DNA of 63,996 bases, counting the filler, from Octopus bimaculoides (Eukaryota): the NCBI RefSeq assembly GCF_001194135.2. It is 9 parts of 8 records of this genome, joined end to end, with 100 filler letters (N's around TTAATTAATTAA, not from the genome) between each part and the next. Parts side by side here need not be neighbours in the genome. Positions count along the whole stretch, not along the records: positions 1 to 15,412 come from NC_068991.1; 8 more parts are not named here. The stretch is one strand, 5' to 3'. Positions within the stretch are counted from its first letter, which is position 1. Each line of letters opens with the position of its first letter. Below the pieces are notes generated by a model. The model made no database searches. It was given only the letters and a program-made list of their open reading frames with translations, and was not told the origin of the DNA. This document shows, piece by piece, positions 1 through 12,324 of this stretch. The translations under genes were made by a program, and so were the position numbers.

Positions 1-55
1 TATATATCGTGAGATAGTTTTATCTATCTATCTATATACGTGTATATATACATTA

Positions 56-98
<43 letters not shown>

Positions 99-529
99 TC
101 CTTGGAAAACGAATAAACATGACACATTTCTCTGGAACGTTGCTATGACAACTGTCGAATTAAGAGATATACTTGTCAACATTGAGTAGGAAAATAAAAT
201 ACGAAACAATACAATTCATATAACAGTAAATATATATTTTATCTTTTTCTCCTACCTCAGATCTTTCTCTCCCTCCCTTTCTCACTATATACGTGTGTGT
301 TCTTTTATATATTTTATAGATATGTATGTTTATATATACATACATATACTGACACACAAGCACACACATCTTTTCATGCATGTGTTGTGTGTATATATTC
401 CTGTGTTATTATCTATTTTTATAACTATCCATTTTGATGTATACAAATACAGATAAATCTATGGAAGTTGGGGTTATTTATAAGTGTGGTGCCTCTGTGA
501 ATGAGTTCACTATATTTTATAGAAAGAAC

Positions 530-615
530 TCATTCTCTCTCTCTCTCACTCTCATTTACTCCCTCTCTCTCTCAATTACTCTCTCTTTCTCTCTCTCTCT
601 CTTTCTCACTCTCTT

Positions 616-655
<40 letters not shown>

Positions 656-685
656 ACTCTTTCTCTCTCTCTCTTTCTCTCTCAC
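530..685. repeat. Imperfect (CT)n microsatellite
   Basis: Long interrupted CT dinucleotide tract; explains the SL-repeat ORFs. Confidence 0.95.
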
Positions 686-1587
686 ACCTATGAATATAAC
701 TGTATTTGATGGTATCTAGGAACATGAAATATATGTAAATATGAGATACTCAGGAAATATGGAAATTCATAAGAACCGTCTTAAAATGCACAGTTTCTTT
801 CGAACAGTTCTGATTATTTTAATCCTTTTGTTAATTGGTTTAACTTCCATTGTAAAATCTGTAAGTTTGTTGGAGCTGTTATTGATATTGTTGTTGTTCA
901 ATTGTTCAGATTTTAAAGCAAATATTTGTTAACTATAGTGTCTGGAGATTTGCCTCTAGAACTTGTGAGATTTGCTTCATTCAAGAAAATTGTTGGTGAA
1001 ATATGTATATTGAAGATACCATATCTATCTATCTTTTATATAAATGTAAGCGTGTGTTTGTTTGTGTATGTGTTTATATTTGTGTGTGTATTCAAGTGAG
1101 GTTATATGTATATATGAAAGGGCACACAAGGTACCTACCTGCTACAAAGAAGAGCAAAAACTTAGTTAAACAACCAATAACCCTTAATAATTCAACAGAA
1201 AAACAACCGCATGCGGGCGAGCGGGTCAAATAAATTTAACATACCAAATACAGCTCAATGCTAAATATCATATTTTGGCATTTGGATACACTTGGACCAT
1301 GATTTCTGGCGGAAAAAAAATTTTTAGTCGTCACGTTGAAGTCTGCCGGCGTTCTGAATTATTTTGCGCCTAGATCAGAACCACTTCAGTGTAAACATAC
1401 TAATAAGAAGTAAATATTCAGAAGTGAATATTTATATAGATATTATTATTGTTATTACTATCTGCGGTAATTATAAATAGTTGATAATAACAACAATAAT
1501 GTAGGTGGATGCAGGCCTTAAATAACATTAGATAGCTATAGAATTAAAATTTATATTTATCATAAGGGCACACAAGCTGCCTACCGG

Positions 1588-1631
<44 letters not shown>

Positions 1632-1882
1632 CTGATACTCCGACGAGTGTTCCATTTGATCTGATCAACGGGATAGCCTGCTCATGAAATTAACGTGCAA
1701 GTCGCTGAGTACTCCACAGACACGCCTACCCTTAACGTAGTTCTCAGGGATCTTCAGCGTGACACAAAATGAGACAAGAGCAGCACTTTGAAATACAGGT
1801 ACTACTCACTTTGCCAGCTGAGTGGACTAGAGCAACATGAAATAAAGTGTCTTGCTTAAAGATACAATACGCCGCCGGAAAT
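1632..1882 (-). mobile_element. tRNA-type SINE with CORE-like centre (family N, head type 1), 5' truncated
   Basis: Reverse complement reads B-box-like end, then ...aagcaagacactttattt...cagctggcaaagtgagtag, then a 3' half matching 18270-18459. Confidence 0.75.
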
Positions 1883-1967
1883 GCAACTATTTTAAGAATG
1901 ATAATAACAGAATCAATGACACAGGCGACTGCAGGCCAAAAATAGCATTAAATAGCTGAGGGATCAA

Positions 1968-2432
1968 AATTAATCAAAGGACATACTAAGTATGTCTACC
2001 TGCTTCAAATAACAGTCAAGACTCATTATTAAATCGCCAAAAATACACTGGTGTTACTATCATTCTTAAAATAGTTACATTGGATAATAATAGAATTAAT
2101 GACACCTTTGCAAATTAATTTTTAGTAAAATATTTTTCTCGTAAATTGTATCGAGATTATTTTACACTGGTGGCTGCTGTTGATTTCGGCACAAAACGAA
2201 TCAGTAAGCGGCACGGACTTCAAAACGATAGGCTGGGAATCTCTTGGCTTATTTTGCCTGTGCAGAAACTAGTCCACGTGAATCCAAATACTTAAATGTA
2301 TGTAAGTAGATTGTCTTAACCGAATTTGCCTTCGTTTGAATTCTGTAGTTATCACCAGTGTATTTTTGGTGATTTAATAATGAATTTTGACTGTTATTTC
2401 AAGCAGGTAGACATACTTAGTATGTCCGTTGA

Positions 2433-2438
<6 letters not shown>
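1968..2438. mobile_element. MITE-like fold-back element with ~90-bp terminal inverted repeats
   Basis: About 1968-2060 is the near-perfect reverse complement of about 2347-2438; each arm holds the palindrome GACATACT-N-AGTATGTC; TTAA at both ends. Confidence 0.8.
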
Positions 2439-2463
<25 letters not shown>

Positions 2464-2661
2464 CAGGATGGTCCAAAAGTAGGTTTGCAGTTATTCAACT
2501 ATATCTTTCGCATTCATATATTAACAATTTAGATCTTAATTATAAATAATTCTATGCCAATTTAGTTAATTGTAAGATAGTAATTTAAATGTAATAACAT
2601 GTTTTAAAAGAAATATAAAGTGCCTACGTGATAACTGTAAACCTACTTTTGGGCCATCCTG
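2464..2661. mobile_element. Tc1/mariner-type MITE (198 bp)
   Basis: 30-bp TIRs CAGGATGGTCCAAAAGTAGGTTTGCAGTTA / TAACTGTAAACCTACTTTTGGGCCATCCTG (2 mismatches) with TA on both flanks. Confidence 0.92.
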
Positions 2662-2670
2662 TATATATAC

Positions 2671-2878
2671 TTTTCTACTCTAAGCACGAGGTCCGACATT
2701 TTGGAGGAGGGCCAGTATTAGATCGACCCCAGTACGTAACTGGTACTTAATTTATCGACCCCGAAGGGATGAAAGGCAAAGTCAACCTTGGCGGAATTTC
2801 AACTCAGAACGTAAAGACAGACAAAATACCGCGAAGCATTTCGCCCAGCGATCTAATGTTTCTGTCAGCTCGCCGCCA
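2671..2878 (-). mobile_element. tRNA-type SINE family M, tail A
   Basis: Head GGCGGCGAGCTG..., centre GCCTTTCATCCCTTCGGGGTCGATAAATTAAGTACCAG, tail ...GTGCTTAGAGTAGAAA. Confidence 0.88.
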
Positions 2879-2887
2879 TTACATATA

Positions 2888-3108
2888 TTTCTGCGTTGGA
2901 CACAGGAGGCTAAACATAGAGGGAACAAACAAGGGCAGACAAAAGAATTAAGTCGATTACATGGACCCTAGGGCGTAAGTATTATTTATTTAGTCGACCC
3001 CGTTAGGATAAAGGGCAAAGTCGACCTCGGCGGAATTTGAACTCAGAACGTAACGGCAGACGAAATACCGTTAAGCACTTCGCCCGGCGTGCTAACATTT
3101 CTACCAGG
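2888..3108 (-). mobile_element. SINE family M, tail B (Tx1-like 3' end)
   Basis: Same body as 2671-2878, but the tail is TTTGTTCCCTCTATGTTTAGCCTCCTGTG... Confidence 0.85.
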
Positions 3109-3114
3109 CTTTCC

Positions 3115-3213
3115 AACATGACTGCGGGTTCAGTTTCACTGCGTGTCACCTTGGGCATGTGTCTTCTTCTTGTTAGTGGATTTGATAGATGGAAACTGAA
3201 AGAAGCCCGTCGT
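3115..3213 (+). mobile_element. CORE-like SINE family C, partial 5' half
   Basis: GGGTTCAGTTTCACTGCGTGTCACCTTGGGCATGTGTCTTCT...GGAAACTGAAAGAAGCCCGTCG matches the head of 23958-24397. Confidence 0.8.
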
Positions 3214-4666
3214 GTGTATATATGTGCATATATGTATATATATATACAGGCCTATGTGTCGCGAAAAACCAAGTACATATTTAGATATGTGGAATTATAG
3301 TGCCAACTACATCAGGCAGTGTAAGTTGTAAGTAGTCTAAGATTTTGTTTAATACTAAAAAATACATTGAAATATGAAAATTATACCATAAATTCTCAGT
3401 AGAAACATCATTTGTGCCTAACTAAAAAATATTTCTCCACAAAACACTTCTGTTGTAAATCATATTAACACAACAGATACAGATTTTCCATCAACAAACA
3501 CACAACGATAGAGTTATATTTCTTAAAAGTTGACATCTAATCCAAGTTGGAGATGTTTTTGCAATACATATCGATTTCTATGCTGGCTGTGAGCAAGCAA
3601 TTTGAAAAATAAAATTCTTTACATTGCAGTATGCATGAACATTTATTTGTACACAAGCAAGTAGTAGCATATTCAAAAAAAGGATTTCTGTTCCGTGACA
3701 TGTGTGTCGATTTGTTCATTCTTAATCGGATGAAAACAAAATAATGGCTTGTTGCTATTGTTTTCTCTTCCTTTTATGAAAGAGCTAAAGTCTTTAGTTA
3801 CAACACAGACAAGAAATGCAATGAAATAAGATTACTTAGAACTGAATGCATTGAAATTATTTGAAAAAATATTTTCAAATCTGAAACAAAGAAAGAAAAA
3901 TTCTGAAAAATGTCAGCATGGGAACACCTTAAGGGAAATTCTAAATTCAGCTTATTTCTATAAAGTCTTTTCAATGTCTTGAGCAATACATGATTAGAAT
4001 TCATGATGAAACGATCGCTTCTCATTTAAAAATAAATTCTTTTTCTAACAATATTAAAAATAACGATTTTTAAAATATTTTTCTCGCTCAGAAAGTCGTC
4101 ATCTTAAATATAATCAGACAATAGAATAATTTTGTTATTCTAATGAATCAGCTTTATTATTTTCCATTGACGCAGAGAGAAAAAACGAAAGATTTGTAAA
4201 AAAAACTTTTTATATCTGGTCTAAAGCGAAGACAAGTTCATTTTGTTCTGATGTTATATATGTAGGCAGTTCAACATGTTATTTCCTTCTAGTGTGGGGC
4301 TTAAATAAACTGGATTGATAAGAGTAAAGGGGAGTGGGTGAATAAATTTATGAGGCGGGATAGAAAATTATATCAGAATAAAATAACGAAGGTGTTGCCT
4401 GATCATAGATTTACAGGAAATGTGAAATGAGATTGAGCCGCTCGACACTGAAAGCTTTTTCAATAATATTAGTATCATAAATAAAGTAAATGATAGTTAG
4501 ACGGTAATTGAAACCAGATCTCAGAATCAACTTGACAAGAATGTACATTCTACTCCACAACTACTTAGAAATGATACAAGAACTATTCCATGTATAAATA
4601 CAATCCTAATTTTGCAGGTAGGGTCTATACTTGATTGGATTACACTTTATGTATTACTTAGAGTTA

Positions 4667-4972
4667 AGGCGGTGAGCTGGAAGAATTGTTAGCAAGCCGG
4701 GCAAAACGCTTAGCGGCATTCCGTCCGTTTTTACGTCCTGATTTCAAGTGCCGCAGAGGTCGACTTTGCCTTTCATCTTTTCGGGGTCTATAAAATAAGT
4801 GCCAGTTTTAAGGGGAGGGGTAAGTCGATTACATTGACGCCAGTGTTCAACTGGTACTTATTTTATTGAAAACCGAAAGGATGAAAGGCAAAGTCGACTT
4901 CGGCGGAATTTGAACTCAGAACGTGAAGATGGACGAATTGCCTGGCCTGATAACGTTTCTGCGAGTTCCCCA
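4667..4972. mobile_element. Two family M SINEs in inverted tail-to-tail arrangement
   Basis: Plus copy 4667-4806 abuts minus copy ~4811-4972; both contain GTCGAC-TTTGCCTTTCATC. Confidence 0.85.
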
Positions 4973-6520
4973 CTTTCTAAGCATGACATATTGACATAGC
5001 TTTAAATCAAAATTTGCAGATTTTCAAACAACATTATTTAATAGCATTCTTTCTATATCTCGACTTCGTTCTCATTCTTAAAATCTCTTGTTAGTTTGGT
5101 GGGCTGACCTTGGCAAAATATATTTCGGCCAAGGTCATGACATAAATCTAGTGTTAGCATTATCATATATGCTAACAATAACTATGATATCATCTAAAAT
5201 TCTTTATATAAGCATCAAAGCTGAAACTCTGGGGGAATAGAATTTGGAAGTTGAGACATTTATGTATTTCCAAAGGACATAATACAACGTTAATGATAGT
5301 GTCATCATATGGAGCGTGGCCGACTTAATAAGAGAAATGGTTTATCGATTTCTCCATGACAACTTTTCCAACAGTTCATTCTTTACAGAAGCTGAAATGT
5401 TGAGTGAACTAGAAATTAGTAGTCGTTATGGTTATGCAATTCCAAAGTGAGTTGGTCATGTGAATAAATTGCTTCGTATTTCAAATCAAGTTTCAGACTC
5501 CTCTTGCTCTTCTTATGCTATCTTTAAAATATTGACCTAAGAATTGGGAAGAAACCGGAGGCGGAGAAGAAGGTTAAGAGAAAACAGTAGGAGAAGGTGA
5601 AGGAGGAGAAAGAGAAGAAGAAGGAAAAGAAGAAGAGAAGGAGAAAGAATTTTATTATCATGTTGATGAAAAAGATGAAAAAATGAGAAAATCTCGATGG
5701 TAAACAAAAGGCCTGAGTGTTCTGTATTTGAAGTTAAGGATTTATCTTTGTCACTGGTTGAGAAACAATATTTTCTTTGAACTCGGAGAAGTCAATAGTT
5801 TCTACTATCGTGTACTTATTGCATAAATCTTGGTACAGTCCTACACATTTAATTCAACTTCACTGGTTAATGGAAATGTCTTCAAAGAAACACAATATCT
5901 CTAACTACAGCTCGTCACCGAAAATTTGGCATAAGAATGACATATGTAGCTTATATAGATTCTTCAAAGAAAGTAGATTCTTTTGTTTCCATACTTGATT
6001 GAATTCACAAATGATGATTTCTGACTAAATGTCTATATAACACTTTTCATAAAACTTTTAATGTATACGAAAACTTATTCAGTGGATTTATACTTAATCA
6101 GAAATCACCTCATTTCTACAGTTGATTATTGTGATTTAAATTGATCAAATAACTGTAAAATATATAACCTACATATGCTATGTAAATAACTGTTTGTATA
6201 ATACAAACTTATAGATTTTCTACAATTCTCTCTTTCTCTGTATTAGTCGGTTGGTATATCCCATAAACCATTGGTATGACGAAGTCTTTATATTTAGTCT
6301 ACCGAAGACAAGATTCTTTTACTTTCCAGCTCCTTTAAAATTGCGCTGCAATATAGCTTAGGCTGAAGACACAATTGTAGTTTGCAAATGTGCACTTTAC
6401 CAGCGTTATCGAACTAAATGGATTCCTTCTCAATTTCAGCTTTATCTATTGCGGTGTGCAATCAATGGAATAACTAGTCATTGAATTAAGGCTGAGTATT
6501 CCAGTTACTTATAATATTTA

Positions 6521-6960
6521 CCAGGTTCCGTCAAAAGGTTTTCCGTATTTCAAGCTTTTAACAAATTACATATGACAAGCCTTTATTCATCAAAATATAA
6601 CCCAACATATTCTATTCTGTGTTGAATTCGTTGTTCCAGAAGCTCAACTCCAATGTTATACCATTTCGTTGGCTTAGAGGCAAAAAATCCCTGCACCCAT
6701 TTCTGGGTCAAGCTCAACGTGCAACGCCCCCTCGAAATTCCACCAAACATAAAATACAAACTTCTGTCCAAATCGTCTTTAGTTATCCACAGATTCTGAA
6801 GCTTGGCCGGAATGAAAACACTGATATCTCTTATTAGGATTACGAAAATAGTTCCAATTTTCATCCCCGGTTACAATTATCTCCAGGATTTGCCAGCAGT
6901 TGTTTGCAAATGTTCGCACGTCATTGAGCATGGCCATTGGGCAGTTCATGAAGAGTAGTG
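6521..6960 (-). mobile_element. Internally deleted mariner transposase remnant with 3' TIR
   Basis: Minus-strand motifs IVTGDENW, VWWNFEGALHVEL and FFASKPTKWYNIGVELLEQRIQHRIEYVGLYFDE* (mariner C-terminus); TA then CCAGGTTCCGTCAAAAGG terminus at 6519-6538. Confidence 0.85.
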
Positions 6961-6964
6961 TGCA

Positions 6965-9900
6965 AGTTAGTTGGTTGAATTCTTTTCTGAAAATCCAAGC
7001 TTATCCAGACTGTCAATTACACGTTTACTCACAAAATCAAGTGCAGCAATTATTCGTATTAATGTAAATTTGTAATCCGGATATAGAAGCTGGAAGTTTT
7101 GAAGCAGTTGTTCATAGTTATCCTCTTTCACATCAGCAGGACAGCTGACCCCTATGACAGTACATACTTTTTCTTGTCTCTCTCAAACAACAATATTCGG
7201 CTTGTTAGCTTGTTATGCTTACACTTGAAACGTTTTGATGGGAATGTTCCTCCAATATACCTTGTGTTGATGTATGTATACGTAATCAACAACAAGGGTT
7301 TTATCTATGTTTATTCCAGGACGTTGCGTCTCATAGGGGTAGGGGTAATATTTTCACGACATTTTGGGGCAGCTGCTAATAAGATATCATTCACAGAAAT
7401 GTAATATAACCTACATTTGCGGTTGCATCTTGGAACTCCAAGGGCTTCACTGTTTCTTTTGTAGGTACCCAGCAGAAATCTCCTGTTCTTGGATTGCAAA
7501 TGCATTGCCTACGAAGTGTGATGTGATGTAATGGTTACGAGTCCAAGAGAAACTTCGCTTCATGCCAATATTATTGTCTTCTATTGGTGGTGAGCTCATT
7601 AGCACACCGAGCAAAATGTTTAGTAACATTTCGTCCGTCTTTAAGTTCTGAGTTATTCCGCCGAGGTCGACTTTGCCTTTTATGCCTTCAGGGTCGATAA
7701 AATAGATACCACCTGAGCACTTGGATCGACGTAATCGACTTACCCCCCTCCCCCGAAATTGTTGACCTTGTGCAACATCTATCTCATTGAGATTTCGTTG
7801 TGACCAGTTCAGAAGGCCGAACGAAGACGAAAGAACAGGCATTGCAAAGGTGTTGTGGACAATATGCTTGTTGTAAGCTGAGAGTTCTGATGATCATATT
7901 CTATTTGATCTCCTGAGGTATTCCTTCCTGGACATCTTATTATTTATGGTTCCGTCATATTTGACATTCTCATTTTGACCAAGATACCAAAATGTAATTG
8001 TCATCTAACTGTAGAAATTGTACTGTCAAGCCGTTCATTTTCAGGTTTTCAGAGGACGCCATAACGTTTTCACGTTTTATTGTCAATAATGTACATTTCG
8101 ATTCATTAAATTTCATTCCTATGTCTGTAGAAATTGGGCAATGAGGTCCAATTATTTTTTAGTTGGTTAATATTTGGCTTATCGAGAAAGAAAAAAATGG
8201 TAAATATTTGTGGATTCATTTCTATGGCCATTATGTGAGCAGGTATGATAGTGGGAATAATGAGAGAATGAAGAGCACAACTGACAGGATTAACACCCTA
8301 AAAGATGCCTTCCCGGTAGAGAATGCTATCAGACTAAATTTGCTCTTTATCACTCCTAAGTGTAGGTCAGGCCTTCCATAGCACCCGCAAGTATTTTGGG
8401 GACATTGGCTAAATTTAAAGCTTGTATAATCCATGTGATATACAATTAATGGCCTTCTTGTAGTCCAGCTACACTACGGTTAACTTCCTGCGACATTTTA
8501 CGGTTTGTGCCTGAATTACTTTGTTAATTAGTGGCTTCTGTATACTGCCCCGCATCTTCTTTCCTCCAGATGGCTCACTTGTTAAAATGTTGATAGTAGC
8601 ACAATGATCCTGTAAGAATAGATTGAAGAACCCACTGTAGAATTTGTACATGATGTACAAATTATACTGTGGGTACCTCAATCAGTGGGTGTATAGTTTG
8701 TACATGACGTTGTAACAGGCCGTCAGGCGGTAACTTTTAGCACAGGTGGTTTGGCTATTTTGTGTGTGTGTGGGTGGGAAAGTGAGGAGAGTAGTTGAAG
8801 GTGATAACCATTGGGGCCGTTCTTGTGTACCCTTGATATTCTCCATATTCTCCTTGATATTTTCCTTGATATTCTCCATACAACCGCATGAATTTTCGCC
8901 GATAAAATGGGAAATTATTCAGCCAGTAACCTGTTATGAGGTCTGGTCCTGAGGATTATCTGTTTGACATTTTCCGTGGACTGTTTCCAGCATTTCGCCA
9001 TCTATTTCATATTCCTTTTGCTGGACATGCTTGCAATAGTCCTGCTTCCATTCTTTTAGCCATATAGCTTGTTTGTTGAATCGATCATTTGCTTCCCATA
9101 CAGATTTCCAGTAACCCTCACCTTGAAATTTTGTGGGGGTGTCTTTTACAGAGACTGAGCCTTTCGCATTGAAGTTGCAATGAACTGACAAATAATTTAT
9201 TGATCACTTACGGTCTATATGCCCTAAATTTATACTTTAGTTTTTCAGCCGTAGCTGTGAGATGTTGTTGCAGGCGGTGCTGTTTAGCGTTTAGGTTTTT
9301 CAATCCTGTATCACCAAATCACTTCTCTAGTTTATTTTTTCTTAGTTCCTCTTAATGTCCCATGAAGTTGTTCTCTGTTACATTTCATAACTACAATGAT
9401 CTGTGAGATACTTCTTCCCATGAATAAAATTTTATTTTTCAAGTTACGTGACCATGCTGAATCAGGCTTTCTGCTTGTATATCTCGATTGTGTGGCTTTA
9501 GTTCTTTGCAATAATGTAATAGCTGAGACATATATAAAAAGGTTAATGGTTTCGTAAGTTGCTTTCATACCTCTAGACAGTGTTGTCTTCAAATATTTGT
9601 TTGCCATTTTGTTTACTGCCTCTAATTGTAATTCACTAAATTCTTTACTTATAATTCACATTAGGATTGTGGACTTGTTGAAGCATATCATCCCAGATCA
9701 CTTGTAAGGCATCCACGAGTTTTAGTATTCTTCTGTTTGTACAATATACCTATGGATTTCAGTTAAATTGTTGGTGTGTTGTTTACTACAAGATTTAGCG
9801 GACCGTTTTATCTGCTCGTCAGTGGAGGAGGGATGATTATCTTCGATAGCTAGGCTTATAGTTCCAGCCTTCTTTGAATCAGCCATTGCCGTTACATGTA

Positions 9901-10130
9901 ACAATTTACACCTAATGACACGTTAGGCTTTTGGGGAAAATTCTAATTCTGGGTGTTTGGAGTTCCACAAATGTTTTAGCCTTTGCATAGAACCGAATTT
10001 TCGGTGTCACATTGTACACATACTTCATACAAATCTTTGTTAAGATCGTCGGTCCAGTGTGTACAGTGATTTTAGTCATGATTTGCTCAAATGAGATGTA
10101 TACATTTTAACTATTCACTGATATTTCTAT
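6965..10130 (-). mobile_element. R4/Dong-clade non-LTR retrotransposon (RT, CCHC-type region, restriction-like endonuclease), degenerate
   Basis: Collinear minus-strand motifs KPDSAWSRNLKNKI, YWKSVW...WL, MYKFYSGF...EPSGGKK...LINK, VVLFILSLFPLSYLL, FSTDIGMKFNESKC, AFAIQEQEI, KCRL...PK, NKPNIVV...VIGVSCPAD, LLYPDYKF. The 5' boundary is uncertain. Confidence 0.88.
7588..7775 (+). mobile_element. SINE family M inside the Dong element
   Basis: Family M body and CCCGAAATTGTTGACCTTGTGC tail interrupt the RT C-terminal region. Confidence 0.85.
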
Positions 10131-10244
10131 TTGTTTTTCAGAATCGACAATGGTCTTTAAAAGTTTCAACAAAGTAAATTTTCATGTTGTTCACGTGGGG
10201 TAGTCTCTCCTTTCAGGTTGCTTTTAATCCGGGGTGATTATCTC

Positions 10245-10770
10245 GAAAAGGAATGTATTGTTTTCGAGGATGAGGCTGACCGCGTCTAGTATGAAGGTTA
10301 CAGTAGATCTACTGGGGATCGCTTCTCTATCTTTCTCGACTCAATATTTTATTGCAATAATTCCCAAATCATGTGCAATGTTCGTATGTAAGTTGCTTAC
10401 ATCAAAACTAACTAAAAGTGAATTGGATTCTGTTATTTTGGGCAGATGTGACACGAAATCGATGTCATCCCAAATGAAACTCCGTATGTAAGTACATAGT
10501 GGTTTCAAGATAATGTCAATGAGGTTGCTCAGACGATGTGTTGGACAAGCTGGACCAGCTATAATGGGTCTTAGCTTAAGGTCTTTTGCTTGTAGTAGTT
10601 TTAAGTATTCACTACCTTGTTTCTTTAAATGTTTTCTATTTCTTTTGACTTATATATTTTAGATAAGCCTTAGGAGTTGCTGGATTTCGACTTAAAATTA
10701 GTGATATAGTCCCTTTCATTAGAAGTGAGAGAGTTATAATATTTTGAGACTTACAAGAAGTCAGTCATTT
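10245..10770 (-). mobile_element. Penelope-like element RT fragment
   Basis: GLSKIYKSK, LRPIIAGPACPTHRLSNLIDIILKPL, SFDVSNLHTNI, LILENNTFLF: PLE RT motifs. Confidence 0.9.
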
Positions 10771-11344
10771 TACTACAGTTAACAAGAACTCAAATGTCAG
10801 TTAAATACATTCTGAAATCTGATGATTACTACGAACATCTGAAAGCGTTAATTGAATTTTATGAACATTACAAAATATTGTTTTAATGTTTAACACACTT
10901 CAACATTGTAAACAATTTTATATTTTTTGAAATACAATAATATAAAATATATATGTGTGTGCGCGCGTGCGCGCGTGCGCGCATTGTGTGTGTGTGCGTG
11001 CGTGTGTGCGTGTGCGTGTGTGTGTGTCAGTTGAATAAATTTAAAACACGGTCTGGTTTTCACACACAAACACGCATATAAACAGCCGTCTACCAAATCC
11101 ACTGACGAGGCTTTGGCTGGCCCGGGTCTATAGCGTGGCTGAGCAGCAAACCACACATCCATACGCACACACACATGCATGCACGCCCACTCACCCACGT
11201 GCTCACACACGCACACACACACACACACACATTAACACAATTGCATTTATACATACACATGCATATTTATATATAGATCGATGGATGTGCATGTGTAGGT
11301 GCGCACATTCGTGAGTGTGGATGTCTTATATTTTACTTGGGTCA

Positions 11345-12113
11345 GTTCAGGAAAGGCTTTTAAAAAGAGAATGCCAAGACTGGACGAACAAAATGAAACG
11401 CTTCTAATTCTGAGGAAAATGGCAACGATGGAGCATGAGAAATACTGTAACTTTATATTGCCAAAAAAAGTTTCTGACATAAATTTCACTGACACAATTG
11501 ACATTCTATGTAAATGTTCAGTGCAAAAACATCGTTATTCAACACATGTTGGCAGTATTTGAACACTGAGGAAAGCGATGACGAAGTATTTACCACATAT
11601 ACGGGTAGAGTGAGCAGAGAATGCAAGAGATTTAAACTGGATTCAAACTAACTCCAGACTCGTTCAAAGTGTCTGATTTTAGCTCAGGGACTAACTGCCT
11701 CGAAGGTGACTCCTTCTTCCGGGTCATATTTAAATTCATTTATTGAATTCGCTACATGGTCTGGCGGAAACGTATTTTCCGGTTTTGTTACCAACTTCAT
11801 TAGTTGCATCAATTATTGCCAAAACATTTGTTTTTGTTTTTGTTGTTCTTTGAATTGTTGTTGCTGTTTTTGCAACTCATCTAGATCCTCTAACAAATTT
11901 ACGATAAATTTACGGATTTTTCGTAAAATATGTTCAACAAAAATGTTTGTTACTTCTCTGTCGCATTTTTAATTTCTTCACGTGAAAAGGTTTTTCAATG
12001 TCGTCTGCGTGAATGGTTTATTTTCTCGTGAAAAAAAATTTTTTTCACCGTTGTCCAGGTGAATTGTTTGTATCCTCGTCACCAGTGTTATAATGTGGAT
12101 CCTCGTCCACATT

Positions 12114-12120
<7 letters not shown>
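11345..12120. mobile_element. Gypsy LTR retrotransposon 5' region (PBS and gag), rearranged
   Basis: Minus strand 11700-12100: TGGTGACGAGGA PBS then ...SINEFKYDPEEGVTFEA. Plus strand 11345-11705: LLILRKM...EHEKYCNFILPK...ECKRFKL...KCLILAQGL. Confidence 0.82.
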
Positions 12121-12147
<27 letters not shown>

Positions 12148-12148
<1 letters not shown>

Positions 12149-12312
12149 TTGTGTGTCTGTGTTTGTCGACCCCACCACCATCACTTGACAACCGATGTTG
12201 GTGCGTTTACGATTCCGTAACTTGGCGGTTCAGCTGGGGTCGATTTGTTTGACTAAAGGCGGCGCTCCAGTATGGCTGCAGTCAAATGACTGAAACAAAT
12301 AAAAGGATAAAA
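12148..12312 (+). mobile_element. SINE family C 3' half with internal deletion
   Basis: CTTGACAACCGATG...GCTCCAGTATGGCTGCAGTCAAATGACTGAAACAAATAAAAGGATAAAA. Confidence 0.85.
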
Positions 12313-12324
12313 TTATATATATCT

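Noticed and set aside
7447-7842. 131-aa minus-strand ORF
   Set aside because: Chimera of Dong RT pieces and an antisense SINE.
10813-10855. CTGATGA...GAAA near the PLE RT
   Set aside because: Stem II cannot pair; at best a dead ribozyme relic.
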